Part shown: in pieces, positions 55,599-64,000 of the stretch
Position numbering within the stretch: the stretch's first letter is position 1
How the letters are laid out: every line of letters begins with the position of its first letter
Source: Syntrophales bacterium
Lineage (GTDB): Bacteria; Desulfobacterota; Syntrophia; Syntrophales; UBA2185
Reading direction: 5' to 3'
NCBI GenBank assembly: GCA_049512055.1
Contig: JBEKXK010000002.1
Coordinates: 11,639 to 75,638, forward strand
Length of the DNA stretch: 64,000 bases
Notes under the pieces: generated by a model
What the model was told of the DNA's origin: nothing
The model's database searches: none
The model's input: the letters and a program-made list of their open reading frames with translations, nothing else
Position numbers and translations under genes: made by a program

Positions 55599-56978
55599 TT
55601 GGAAACACAAAAATTTATACATCAGGAAAGATCTGTAATAGTCATTGGCGGCGGAGCAAGCGGCATGATGGCCGCAGGCAGGGCCGCGGAAATGGGTGCA
55701 CATGTCACCCTCCTCGAAAGATCCGGAAAACTTGGCCAGAAGATACTCGTGAGCGGGAAGACGCGCTGCAACCTGACAAATGCCAAGGATCTGGATCATT
55801 TTATTTCTATGTATGGGCAAAACGGCCGTTTTCTCTACAGGGCCTTTCATCACTTTTTTCGTGAAGATCTGATCGCCTTCTTGCGTCGCTATCGTGTGGA
55901 AACGAAGATTGAGAGAGGCGGGAGGGTCTTCCCGGTTTCTGACAGGGCCCAAGATGTTGTCCGCGCCTTCGAGAAATATCTGATTGATTACAGTGTGGAG
56001 ATATGCAGGCACACGCGGGTCACAGGCATTCAAACCCGTAACAAACAGGTAACAGGTGTGATGACGGTAGACGGCAAATTCCGGGCAGGTGCCGTCATCC
56101 TGGCTGCGGGCGGTTCGACCTATCCTGCAACGGGTTCTACGGGGGATGGCTATACGATGGCTGCCGGCCTCGGCCACACCATAGCTAAACTCCGCCCTGC
56201 ATTAGTGCCCCTTGTTGTCGAGGAGATACCTCTCGCAAAATCCTTGCAGGGGGTGAGCCTCAGGAATGTCCGTCTCACGGCGTTTCAGTGCCGGGCCGAT
56301 GATATTGATCCGTCTCTTGTGCCAAGCCTTGACACGGGCCGCGGCTCAGGAAACAGACGACCGCGCCCGCCCGTTATCGAAAGCCGCATGGGAGAGATGA
56401 TGATCACCCATTTCGGCATCGGGGGGCCAATTACACTGCTCATGAGCCTGGCCATTGTCGAAGCACTGGAGCGGGGACCGGTAAGTATTTCCATAGATCT
56501 CAAGGCGGCCCTTGACAGGAGGGAGCTCCAAAAGCGTCTCCAGCGGGATTTCGACCGATTCAGCAAAAAAGCATTCCGCAATATCATGTCAGGACTCGTT
56601 CCTGCCAAAATGGTCGATCCCCTTGTTTCAATGACAGGCATCGCGCCGGATAAGCCCGGTTGTCAGCTCAACGCTCAAGAACGTGAAAGACTCCTCGATC
56701 AGCTGAAGTCACTTCGCTTTAATATCAAACAGCCTCTACCCATGTCATCTGCCATAGTGACTGCCGGAGGCATATCCCTGAAAGAAATTGATCCGCGAAC
56801 AATGGTGTCGCGCAAGCTAAAGGGCCTTTACTTCTGCGGAGAAGTAATAGACATTGACGCCGATACCGGAGGCTATAATCTCCAGGCCGCCTTTTCAACG
56901 GGCTACCTCGCCGGTGAACAGGCCGCAGCCTATGTTAATTCCAGGTTGCCCTCCAATGCTCGCCATATGGATCTTTAG
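55599..56978 (+). CDS. HI0933/BaiN-family NAD(P)/FAD-dependent flavoprotein
   Basis: 459 aa. VIVIGGGASGMMAAGRAAEMG, SGKTRCNLTN and a C-terminal CGEVIDIDADTGGYNLQ are typical of the family. The TTG start is uncertain. Confidence 0.88.
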   Translation: METQKFIHQERSVIVIGGGASGMMAAGRAAEMGAHVTLLERSGKLGQKILVSGKTRCNLTNAKDLDHFISMYGQNGRFLYRAFHHFFREDLIAFLRRYRVETKIERGGRVFPVSDRAQDVVRAFEKYLIDYSVEICRHTRVTGIQTRNKQVTGVMTVDGKFRAGAVILAAGGSTYPATGSTGDGYTMAAGLGHTIAKLRPALVPLVVEEIPLAKSLQGVSLRNVRLTAFQCRADDIDPSLVPSLDTGRGSGNRRPRPPVIESRMGEMMITHFGIGGPITLLMSLAIVEALERGPVSISIDLKAALDRRELQKRLQRDFDRFSKKAFRNIMSGLVPAKMVDPLVSMTGIAPDKPGCQLNAQERERLLDQLKSLRFNIKQPLPMSSAIVTAGGISLKEIDPRTMVSRKLKGLYFCGEVIDIDADTGGYNLQAAFSTGYLAGEQAAAYVNSRLPSNARHMDL

Positions 56979-56983
56979 AATTA

Positions 56984-57445
56984 TCATTCCTCCTTCTCTT
57001 TTGCTTTCTCCTGCGCCTTCTCTTTCACTTTCTTTTTCTCCGGCTTCTGTTCCTTTTCCTGCTTCGGCTCCTTTTCCTGCTCCTGCTCCTGCTTCGGCTC
57101 CTTTTCCTTCTTTTTCTTCTTTTCCTTCCCCTCTGGAGGGGCTTCCTTCGATGACTTCCCTTTCTTTTCTGCCTTATCTTTCGGCACGGCCTTGGAAGCC
57201 GCCTTTTCAGCCTCTTTTTCCTCCTTTATCTTTGCCAGCTCTTCCGTCCTTCTTTCATTCCCTGCGATCGCTTTTAGTCTGTCATTTATAGCCCTAATAT
57301 TCGCCCGCAGTCTCTTAACGAGCGTATCTTTATCGATCCCAGGAGATTCAATCCCCTTCTTAGCAAGGAAAGATAGGCGTTCCTCCAGCCCTCGTTCGAA
57401 ATACGCCTTTTGTCGCTCTTGCGTCTCCTTCTTTCTCGATCCCAT
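56984..57445 (-). CDS. hypothetical protein with helical N-terminus and extreme Lys/Glu-rich low-complexity tail
   Basis: 153 aa with a GGGAGGAG SD. The tail is KEKKKKKEKEPKQEQEQEKEPKQEKEQKPEKKKVKEKAQEKAKEKEE. The + ORF 56854..57291 is its antisense shadow. Confidence 0.6.
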   Translation of the reverse strand: MGSRKKETQERQKAYFERGLEERLSFLAKKGIESPGIDKDTLVKRLRANIRAINDRLKAIAGNERRTEELAKIKEEKEAEKAASKAVPKDKAEKKGKSSKEAPPEGKEKKKKKEKEPKQEQEQEKEPKQEKEQKPEKKKVKEKAQEKAKEKEE

Positions 57446-57786
57446 GTCTTCTCCTCCCTTTCCGATTCACTTGTTTGTCGCCGGCAGCCAACAGACCGCA
57501 CAGTATTCTCTTTTTTCTGCCGTCAGATGATTGTTACGAATATATGTATCAGGAAACAAGACTAAAAACCATCATATTTCTCAAGAGGGCAACTGTAATG
57601 GAGGATGTCTGCTTTGGGATTCGCCGCGAATTGATCAGTGATGGGCATGGAAAAGGAGGCATTGATAAAGTCACATATTTTGTGCGGGCAGAGAAGGAAG
57701 GCAGCCGTGACTTGCACAAATTTATCGGATTATGATTCACACAAGATTATATTATCGGATATTGTCGTTAACAGGAATTCCATCTA

Positions 57787-58047
57787 TTACAATTTCTTGT
57801 ATTCAGAGTGTTTTTGAATAATCAACCTTTCCAGTTCATCGAAAAAGGTCGATTGCTGGTCATTTCTTTCGGACGAATTCTCTTCGGTGATTGTTGACGA
57901 TTCATATTTTGACCAATCTAATTCAGTTTGCATATGTTTATCGCTATCGGCGGCTGGCAATAATTGATAGACAAAACATTTTTCTCTTATCCAGCCCATG
58001 CAATCTTCGCCATAACACCTTCTATTGACAAAAATGCACCATTTCAT
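57787..58047 (-). CDS. hypothetical small Cys-containing protein
   Basis: 86-aa ORF in an AT-rich spacer with a weak SD (AAGGGA). No family recognised. Confidence 0.3.
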   Translation of the reverse strand: MKWCIFVNRRCYGEDCMGWIREKCFVYQLLPAADSDKHMQTELDWSKYESSTITEENSSERNDQQSTFFDELERLIIQKHSEYKKL

Positions 58048-58188
58048 GCCGATTCCCTTTCATATCCTTTTAATCGCTGCCAATTCCTCACGGGTCTTGC
58101 ATCCGCACGTATTATTCACACTTGTTTTTGCGTGGTTTCCGGATCAAGCGGATCACATCTTCGAAATATCGGTACTGACAGATAAGTC

Positions 58189-59541
58189 TTAGAGCACATG
58201 CAATATTTCACTGAGACTCGGGTGGGGGATAATCCATTTCTTCAGTTCCTTCTTCCCCATGCGGTTTGCCACGGCCAGGCTCATGGATGCGATCAGTTCA
58301 CCCGCGTCGTCTCCGACGATCGTCACCCCCATCAGGCCATCGCCGCAGAAGACAGCCTTCAGGAACCCGTTCCCCTTGAGTTCTGTCCTGGCCATGATAT
58401 TTGCCCCATATTCGACCCTCTTTATTTCCACCTCTAAACCCAGCTCTCCTGCCTGCTTTTCCGTGAGTCCGATGCGGGCCACGTTCGGGTGCGTATATAC
58501 CACGGAAGGTACTGCGTCATCCCTGTATGTAATAGAGCGATCCCCATAGAGGTAACTTGCAACCGATCTGCCCTGCTGCATAGCCCTGTGCGCAAGCATG
58601 ATACCTCCGGTCACATCGCCGACGGCATAGATGCCCTGCACGTTGGTCATCTGGCGGTCATCGACAGATATACCCTTCTGATCATACATAATACCGCATC
58701 GTCTCAATTCTTCCGTATGCAGAAGCGGTTTCCTGCCTGTACACATAAGGACGCAATTGGCGGTCAATTCAAGTTGCTTTGCATTTTTATTCGCTTTCAA
58801 CAAAACGCCGTTTGATGTCTCCTCGATTGCCTCCATCAGCGCTGACGTGTGAATGGCGACGCCCAAGCGGACGAGATCATGCCTTATCAAATCGTCGGCT
58901 TCCCTATCCTCATGGGGGAGGAGCCCATCCAAGAGTTCAACGATGGTCACATTGACTCCTAGCTCAGCCAGGAATGTGGCAATTTCAATCCCAATGAAGC
59001 CACCCCCGACAATGATGATAGCTTCCGGCAGAGTCTCAAGTGCAAGAAAGCCGTCGGATGTCAAAATTCTCTGAGACGTCTGGAAACCATGCGGCATGAG
59101 CGGTTCTGAACCCCAGGCGATAATGATATTATCGGCAGTCAGGTGATGCCTCTGCCCCTGGAGCGAAATCCATTCCACCTCCCCGGAAGAAATAACATGC
59201 CCCTCTCCAGCCATCAGTCCCACACCTGCATCCTCAAGAGATTGCTGGGCACCCTTGGCGGAAAGGGTGACCATCTGCCGCTTATGGCGTTTGATCGCAG
59301 CGAAATCCACCCTAGCCTCACCTACGAAAATACCGAGACGCTTCAATTTCTTGAGGTTCATGTACTGCCTGCTGCAAGCCAGGAGGGCCTTTGTCGGGAT
59401 GCAGCCCCGATGGGTGCATGTGCCGCCCCATTGATTTTTCTCTATGACGGCGACCTTGGCTCCCCATCTGGCAGCGTGTTCAGCCGCCGCATGGCCTCCG
59501 GGACCCGCTCCGATAATGATAAGATCATATGTCTGAGACAC
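58189..59541 (-). CDS. lpdA: dihydrolipoyl dehydrogenase (E3 / L-protein)
   Basis: 450 aa. IIIGAGPGGHAAA, redox disulfide GGTCTHRGCIPTK, and the C-terminal HPSLSE interface motif. Confidence 0.92.
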   Translation of the reverse strand: MSQTYDLIIIGAGPGGHAAAEHAARWGAKVAVIEKNQWGGTCTHRGCIPTKALLACSRQYMNLKKLKRLGIFVGEARVDFAAIKRHKRQMVTLSAKGAQQSLEDAGVGLMAGEGHVISSGEVEWISLQGQRHHLTADNIIIAWGSEPLMPHGFQTSQRILTSDGFLALETLPEAIIIVGGGFIGIEIATFLAELGVNVTIVELLDGLLPHEDREADDLIRHDLVRLGVAIHTSALMEAIEETSNGVLLKANKNAKQLELTANCVLMCTGRKPLLHTEELRRCGIMYDQKGISVDDRQMTNVQGIYAVGDVTGGIMLAHRAMQQGRSVASYLYGDRSITYRDDAVPSVVYTHPNVARIGLTEKQAGELGLEVEIKRVEYGANIMARTELKGNGFLKAVFCGDGLMGVTIVGDDAGELIASMSLAVANRMGKKELKKWIIPHPSLSEILHVL

Positions 59542-59564
59542 GATGATACCTTTCCCGATTCAGT

Positions 59565-60416
59565 TTAAGAGATCATTGCTGCATGGAAGGAACTGCGCAC
59601 GAGGGGGCCTGCTTCCACCCGCTTTACTCCCAGCTCCTGCGCTATCCCTTTCATGACTTCAAATTCATCCGGATGGTAGTACTTCATGACAGGCCAGTGA
59701 TTGCGTGAAGGCTGCTGGTACTGGCCGATAGTCACCGTTTCACAGTGAACTCGAGCCAAGTCATGAAGCAGAATCATAATGTCGCTCCAGCTCTCTCCGA
59801 AGCCCACCATGAATCCCGACTTGACGACTATTTCTTTCTCACCGTATTCGCTTATCCGATGGAGCAATTCAAGAGAAAGATGATAATTCCCCTGCGGTCT
59901 GATGTGGCTGAAAAGAGCGGGGACGCATTCCATATTGTGGTTTATCACAGAGGGTCTGCTCTTGACTATGCATTCCAGGGCATCCCAATTGCCACAGAGG
60001 TCCGGAATAAGCACTTCCACCCTGCATCCCGGCACTTCCTGATATAGCCTTTCCACGCAGCGGGCAAATATCCCTGCCCCTCCGTCGGAGAGGTCATCCC
60101 TCGTGACAGATGTAATAACGACATACCGGAGTCCCAGCTCTTTCACCGCCTGGGTAAGACGTTCCGGTTCCATCTCATCCAATCCTTCTGGCGTCCCGTA
60201 CCGGACATTGCAGTAGAGGCAGTTTCTCGTGCAGATATTCCCGAGAATTAAAAAAGTGGCTGTCCCGGAATGAAAACATTCGGTTACATTGGGGCAAAGC
60301 GCCTCCTGACAGATGGAGTGGAGATTAAATTGCGACAGAATCCCCTTCACATGCTGGAATTCATGCGTAGCAGGGAGTTTCACCTTTAGCCATTCAGGCT
60401 TCCTTTTTATCTGCAT
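59565..60416 (-). CDS. lipA: lipoyl synthase
   Basis: 283 aa. Auxiliary cluster CQEALCPNVTEC and radical-SAM CTRNCLYC motif. Confidence 0.93.
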   Translation of the reverse strand: MQIKRKPEWLKVKLPATHEFQHVKGILSQFNLHSICQEALCPNVTECFHSGTATFLILGNICTRNCLYCNVRYGTPEGLDEMEPERLTQAVKELGLRYVVITSVTRDDLSDGGAGIFARCVERLYQEVPGCRVEVLIPDLCGNWDALECIVKSRPSVINHNMECVPALFSHIRPQGNYHLSLELLHRISEYGEKEIVVKSGFMVGFGESWSDIMILLHDLARVHCETVTIGQYQQPSRNHWPVMKYYHPDEFEVMKGIAQELGVKRVEAGPLVRSSFHAAMIS

Positions 60417-60804
60417 TCACACCCTGAACCCTTTTCTTGGCCTTGGCGATACTGAAGAAACCGAAGATGAAGAACATGATCCCCAGGATGAGCTGTGGAA
60501 GGGCAGCTTCAATCAGACCCGTTTCGATAAAACGCCCTATTCCCTGCACCAGATTCACAAGACCAAAGAAGATGAAAATGGCAGGAGCGAGATAGTTGAC
60601 CAGTTTGCGCGCGTCTATGGGAAGTTTGGGTAGTCCCGGCATCTGCTCCCGGACAGGAGCCGAATTAGTCTTGCCCGGCTGTGCCTGCGCCGGCGTTTCT
60701 TCCAAGGCATCCTTTTCCTTCCCTGCAAGAGCCCAGATGATCCTGTCTCTTTCTCTGGGATTCTTGACTGTCTTAAGTTTTCTGATGAGTTTATCCCTTT
60801 CCAT
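60394..60804 (-). CDS. hypothetical membrane protein
   Basis: 136 aa with two C-terminal hydrophobic helices. Its 3' end overlaps the lipA start by 23 nt, and it is embedded in the gcv-lipA cluster. Confidence 0.55.
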   Translation of the reverse strand: MERDKLIRKLKTVKNPRERDRIIWALAGKEKDALEETPAQAQPGKTNSAPVREQMPGLPKLPIDARKLVNYLAPAIFIFFGLVNLVQGIGRFIETGLIEAALPQLILGIMFFIFGFFSIAKAKKRVQGVNADKKEA

Positions 60805-60851
60805 TGCTTTCTTCCTTCCTTTATTATATCAACGTGTGTCTCGTCCCTCGC

Positions 60852-62294
60852 TTAAGCTTTTCTCCAGCATACATCAGGCTCCCTGGCCGCCTTGACATCA
60901 TCGAGGCGCCTCACGGCAGTTGTAAGGGGCGCTGATTTTACCAGCTCGGGATTTTCTTTCGCTTCTTTCGCAATGGCAATCATGGCATCGCAGAAGGCAT
61001 CAAGGGTCTCCTTGCTCTCCGTCTCGTTAGGTTCGATCATAATGGCTTCGGGCACGACGAGAGGGAAGTATATCGTCGGCGGATGATAGCCGTAATCGAG
61101 GAGACGCTTGGCAATATCCGAGGTGTGGACACCGCTCTCCTTGACCTGCCGCTTTCCGGAGAAGACGCACTCGTGCATGCATATCCGGTCATAGGGAAGA
61201 TCATAAGAGGCTCTCAATCGCTCCTTGACGTAATTGGCATTGAGCACAGCGATTTCACTTGTCTTCTTCAAGCCATCAGGCCCGAGAGATCTGATATACG
61301 TGTAGGCCTTCACCATCACATTAAAATTTCCATAAAACGCCTTTACCCGACCGATACTGTCCGGAAAGTCATACCGCCAGTCATACCTTTTCCCTTTCTT
61401 TATGACACGAGGCACGGGAAGATACCGAACCAGATTTTTTCTGACTCCCACGGGCCCGCTCCCGGGGCCGCCGCAGCCGTGGGGAGTTGAAAACGTCTTG
61501 TGGAGATTGAGCTGAATGACGTCAATGCCCAGGTCGCCCGGTTTTGTGACTCCCATAAAGGCATTGGCATTGGCGCCGTCGCAGTACAATATCCCTCCTC
61601 TTCTGTGAACAATCTCCGAAACCTTTTCAATATTTCTCTCAAAGAGGCCGAGGGTGTTGGGGTTCGTAATCATCAGCCCGGCCACATCGTTCGTCATCAG
61701 TTCCCGAAGATGGTCGATATCGACGCCTCCCTCGGCATTTGACCGCACGGTAACGACATGGTAGCCGCACAATGCGCTCGAAGCAGGGTTTGTTCCGTGG
61801 GCCGTATCGGGTATCAGCATTTTTGAGCGCTTCTGTCCTTTTCTCTCGAAATATTTCTTTATGACCATGACGCCGGTGAGTTCGCCCTGCGCCCCTGCGG
61901 CAGGTTGGAGGGCAAAATCGGCCATGCCAAATATCTCGCTCAAATACTGTCTGAGTTCATACATGATCTGTAATGATCCCTGGGAAAATTTAACCGGAGA
62001 ATAGGGATGGAGGTTTGTAAATCCTGGCAGACGAGAGACCTCCTCATTGATCTTGGGATTGTACTTCATGGTGCACGAGCCGAGAGGATAGAAGCCCACA
62101 TCGACACCGAAATTTCGTTTCGATAATTGTGTATAATGGCGGATGAGATCCACCTCCGCCACCTCTGGCAGGTCCACATCATCTCTGAGCAGGCTCTTGT
62201 TGATAATATCCGTAACCGCCACGTCGGGCACATCCGATTTGGGAATGCTTGTGGCTATTCTTCCCGGCCTGCTCTTTTCAAATATGAGTTCCAT
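60852..62294 (-). CDS. gcvPB: glycine dehydrogenase (decarboxylating) subunit 2
   Basis: 480 aa. The PLP Lys context [16 protein letters not shown] is typical of GcvPB. Confidence 0.95.
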   Translation of the reverse strand: MELIFEKSRPGRIATSIPKSDVPDVAVTDIINKSLLRDDVDLPEVAEVDLIRHYTQLSKRNFGVDVGFYPLGSCTMKYNPKINEEVSRLPGFTNLHPYSPVKFSQGSLQIMYELRQYLSEIFGMADFALQPAAGAQGELTGVMVIKKYFERKGQKRSKMLIPDTAHGTNPASSALCGYHVVTVRSNAEGGVDIDHLRELMTNDVAGLMITNPNTLGLFERNIEKVSEIVHRRGGILYCDGANANAFMGVTKPGDLGIDVIQLNLHKTFSTPHGCGGPGSGPVGVRKNLVRYLPVPRVIKKGKRYDWRYDFPDSIGRVKAFYGNFNVMVKAYTYIRSLGPDGLKKTSEIAVLNANYVKERLRASYDLPYDRICMHECVFSGKRQVKESGVHTSDIAKRLLDYGYHPPTIYFPLVVPEAIMIEPNETESKETLDAFCDAMIAIAKEAKENPELVKSAPLTTAVRRLDDVKAAREPDVCWRKA

Positions 62295-62318
62295 GAATTA
62301 CCTCCGGCTTATATATTA

Positions 62319-63644
62319 TTAAGCAACAAAGGAAACCACTCTGTCGATGTCGTCTCTCGTGAGCATCTCTGTAGCGCAGAAGAGAAGGGCGTTTCCAAGT
62401 TCAGGATAATCTTCTTCGAGGTCATATGTGCCTATGATACCTGCAGCCTCGAGTTTCCGATTGACCATCTTTGGATCAGGACAGTGAATGACGAATTCAT
62501 TGTAAACAGGGGCAGTGAAGACGGCCTCCCAGCCTGCGAGTTCTGAGAGCCTCCGTTTCAGATAATGAGCTTTCCAAATGTTGAGCTCCGCTAATTTTCT
62601 GAGGTTTTTCCCGAGACTGACGAGATAGACGGCAGCAGCCAGGGCGCAGAGGGCTTCATTGGAACAGATATTCGACGTGGCCTTTTCCCGCCTGATGTGC
62701 TGTTCCCGTGTCTGCAGTGTCAGGACAAAACCTCTCTTACCCTCTTTGTCCACCGTGGCTCCGGCAAGCCGACCGGGGATTTTTCTTAAGAATTTGTCAG
62801 TGCTCGCAAAGATCCCAAGATAGGGACCTCCATAGTTCATGGGGTTTCCGAAGCTCTGCCCTTCTCCCACGACGAAGTCTGCCCCCATTTCACCCGCGGG
62901 CTTAAGAATACCCAAAGACGTCGCTTCCGTGAATGCTGAGACAAGAAGCGCTCCCTTTGCATGCACCGTGGGCTCGATTGCGGCAATATCTTCGATGACG
63001 CCAAAAAAGTTGGGGCTCTGAACCAGGACCGCTGCCGTTCTGTCATCTACAGCCTGTGACAGGGCATCCCTGTCAAGCTGGCCGGATTTGCCGTAAGGAA
63101 TTTCCACGACCTCGTATCCATTCGCCCAGGCATATGTACCGACGACCTGCCGGTACTCAGGATGGACGGAACGAACAATGATGATTCTATCCCTGTTTAA
63201 GGTCTTGGCAGCGAGCACCGCCGCCTCGGCCATGGCCGAGGCGCCGTCATACATGGAAGCATTAGCGACCTGCATGCCCGTGACCTTTGCTATCATGGTC
63301 TGGTATTCATAGATGGCCTGAAGTATTCCCTGGCTGATCTCCGCCTGGTAAGGGGTATAGGCCGTGTAGAACTCGGAGCGCGAAATGACATGGCCCACGA
63401 CGGCCGGGATATAATGGTTGTAAGCCCCCGCCCCCATGAGGGTAATCGGGGGAACTGCGTTTCGGGAACTAATGCCCTTCATCAGCGCCGCAACCTCTTG
63501 TTCGGAGCGCGCAGGAGGCAGGTCAAGGAGCCCCTTTAATTTATATTTTTCGGGAATGTCGGCAAACAGTTCATCCACCGTTTTGATGCCGATAATCTCC
63601 GTCATCTGTCTTTGATCTTCCGGGGTGTGTGGAACATAGTCCAT
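62319..63644 (-). CDS. gcvPA: glycine dehydrogenase (decarboxylating) subunit 1
   Basis: 441 aa. MDYVPHTPEDQRQM and TAYTPYQAEISQG are typical of GcvPA. Confidence 0.95.
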   Translation of the reverse strand: MDYVPHTPEDQRQMTEIIGIKTVDELFADIPEKYKLKGLLDLPPARSEQEVAALMKGISSRNAVPPITLMGAGAYNHYIPAVVGHVISRSEFYTAYTPYQAEISQGILQAIYEYQTMIAKVTGMQVANASMYDGASAMAEAAVLAAKTLNRDRIIIVRSVHPEYRQVVGTYAWANGYEVVEIPYGKSGQLDRDALSQAVDDRTAAVLVQSPNFFGVIEDIAAIEPTVHAKGALLVSAFTEATSLGILKPAGEMGADFVVGEGQSFGNPMNYGGPYLGIFASTDKFLRKIPGRLAGATVDKEGKRGFVLTLQTREQHIRREKATSNICSNEALCALAAAVYLVSLGKNLRKLAELNIWKAHYLKRRLSELAGWEAVFTAPVYNEFVIHCPDPKMVNRKLEAAGIIGTYDLEEDYPELGNALLFCATEMLTRDDIDRVVSFVA

Positions 63645-63751
63645 GTCATGATCCTTTCTCTGGTCTTCTTCGAGTACTCTGATCTCGCGGGGCTTGATGA
63701 AACAATCCTTAAGATGGGATTGCCGCGCCTGGGCCGCAATTAAATGGAATA

Positions 63752-64000
63752 TTAGTGCTTCGCCTCTTTGATCATTTCCGTGTAGATGGCTGCATCCATG
63801 AGGTTATTCAATTCAGCCGGGGCATCCATCTTAAGTTTAGCAATCCAGCCTTTTCCAAAGGCATCCTGATTTACAAGTTCTGGGTGCTCCTCCAGCTCTT
63901 TATTGACTTCTATGACTTCTCCGCTCACAGGCGAGTAGACGTCAGAAACAGACTTTACGGATTCCACCACAGCCACCGGTTCCATTTGCTTGACTTTCTT
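63752..64000 (-). CDS. gcvH: glycine cleavage system H protein, 5' end outside the window
   Basis: The frame stays open to nt 64000 (..[29 protein letters not shown]..). The lipoyl-Lys motif is VESVKS. The track entry starts at an internal Met. Confidence 0.9.
   Translation of the reverse strand, partial: KKVKQMEPVAVVESVKSVSDVYSPVSGEVIEVNKELEEHPELVNQDAFGKGWIAKLKMDAPAELNNLMDAAIYTEMIKEAKH

Noticed and set aside
56854-57291. 145-aa Pro/Ser/Phe-rich + ORF
   Set aside because: This is a reverse-complement reading of the Lys/Glu codon tract of the minus-strand gene. It overlaps the well-supported HI0933 gene end and has no SD.
57598-57735. 45-aa + ORF (MEDVCFGIRRELISDGHGKGGIDKVTYFVRAEKEGSRDLHKFIGL) with an AGAGGG upstream
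   Set aside because: It is short, has no recognisable family and sits in an AT-rich spacer. It cannot be distinguished from chance without conservation or expression data.
1-64000. Scan for CRISPR arrays, tRNA/rRNA/tmRNA, transposases, integrases, reverse transcriptases, phage genes and known defence-system components
   Set aside because: By-eye reading of intergenic regions and the ORF translations found none. The only repeats seen are the 113-bp pair, the 57-bp pair and short hairpins. A computational scan (tRNAscan-SE, Infernal/Rfam, CRISPR finders, DefenseFinder/PADLOC) is needed to be certain.

Overview
The window looks like a chromosomal segment from an anaerobic, probably syntrophic or sulfate-reducer-like deltaproteobacterium. 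This taxon guess is an inference from gene content only. All calls rest on manual translation and motif recall; no database searches were run. I support about 58 protein-coding genes and found no rRNA, tRNA, CRISPR array, transposase, integrase or phage genes.

The main feature is a minus-strand operon of about 10.8 kb (14717..25596). It joins a four-subunit 2-oxoacid:ferredoxin oxidoreductase (delta-alpha-beta-gamma) to an unusual heterodisulfide-reductase-like module: an HdrL-type giant flavoprotein, MvhD, an HdrC/HdrB fusion and an HdrA-MvhD fusion. The ORF track splits the HdrA-MvhD gene in two, but it is one reading frame interrupted by an in-frame UGA at the conserved Cys/Sec position. 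A SECIS-like hairpin lies just downstream, so I call it a selenoprotein.

Other content:
- A TPR/PMT-like membrane protein, truncated at the left edge and missing from the ORF track.
- TRAP transporter dctPQM.
- amtB-glnK behind a sigma-54 promoter.
- An MtnA-like isomerase and a class II aldolase upstream of dapF-dapL.
- A Csd6-like/Csd4-like peptidoglycan-trimming pair.
- A PAS-GGDEF protein.
- A MaoC/SCP2/CoA-transferase cluster.
- A Hox-type [NiFe] hydrogenase that has an elongated NuoG/FdhA-like subunit but no HoxEF diaphorase.
- A GAF-gap-sigma-54 regulator array with a partner kinase and a small sigma-54-driven secreted protein.
- A YtpB-like terpene synthase next to a lipid kinase.
- A gcvH-PA-PB-lipA-lpd cluster, truncated at the right edge.

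Non-genic structure:
- A 113-bp repeat pair inside the hdr operon.
- A 57-bp hairpin-containing direct repeat bracketing a small ORF in an AT-rich island (10734..12292).
- Several hairpins, terminators and promoter-like sites.
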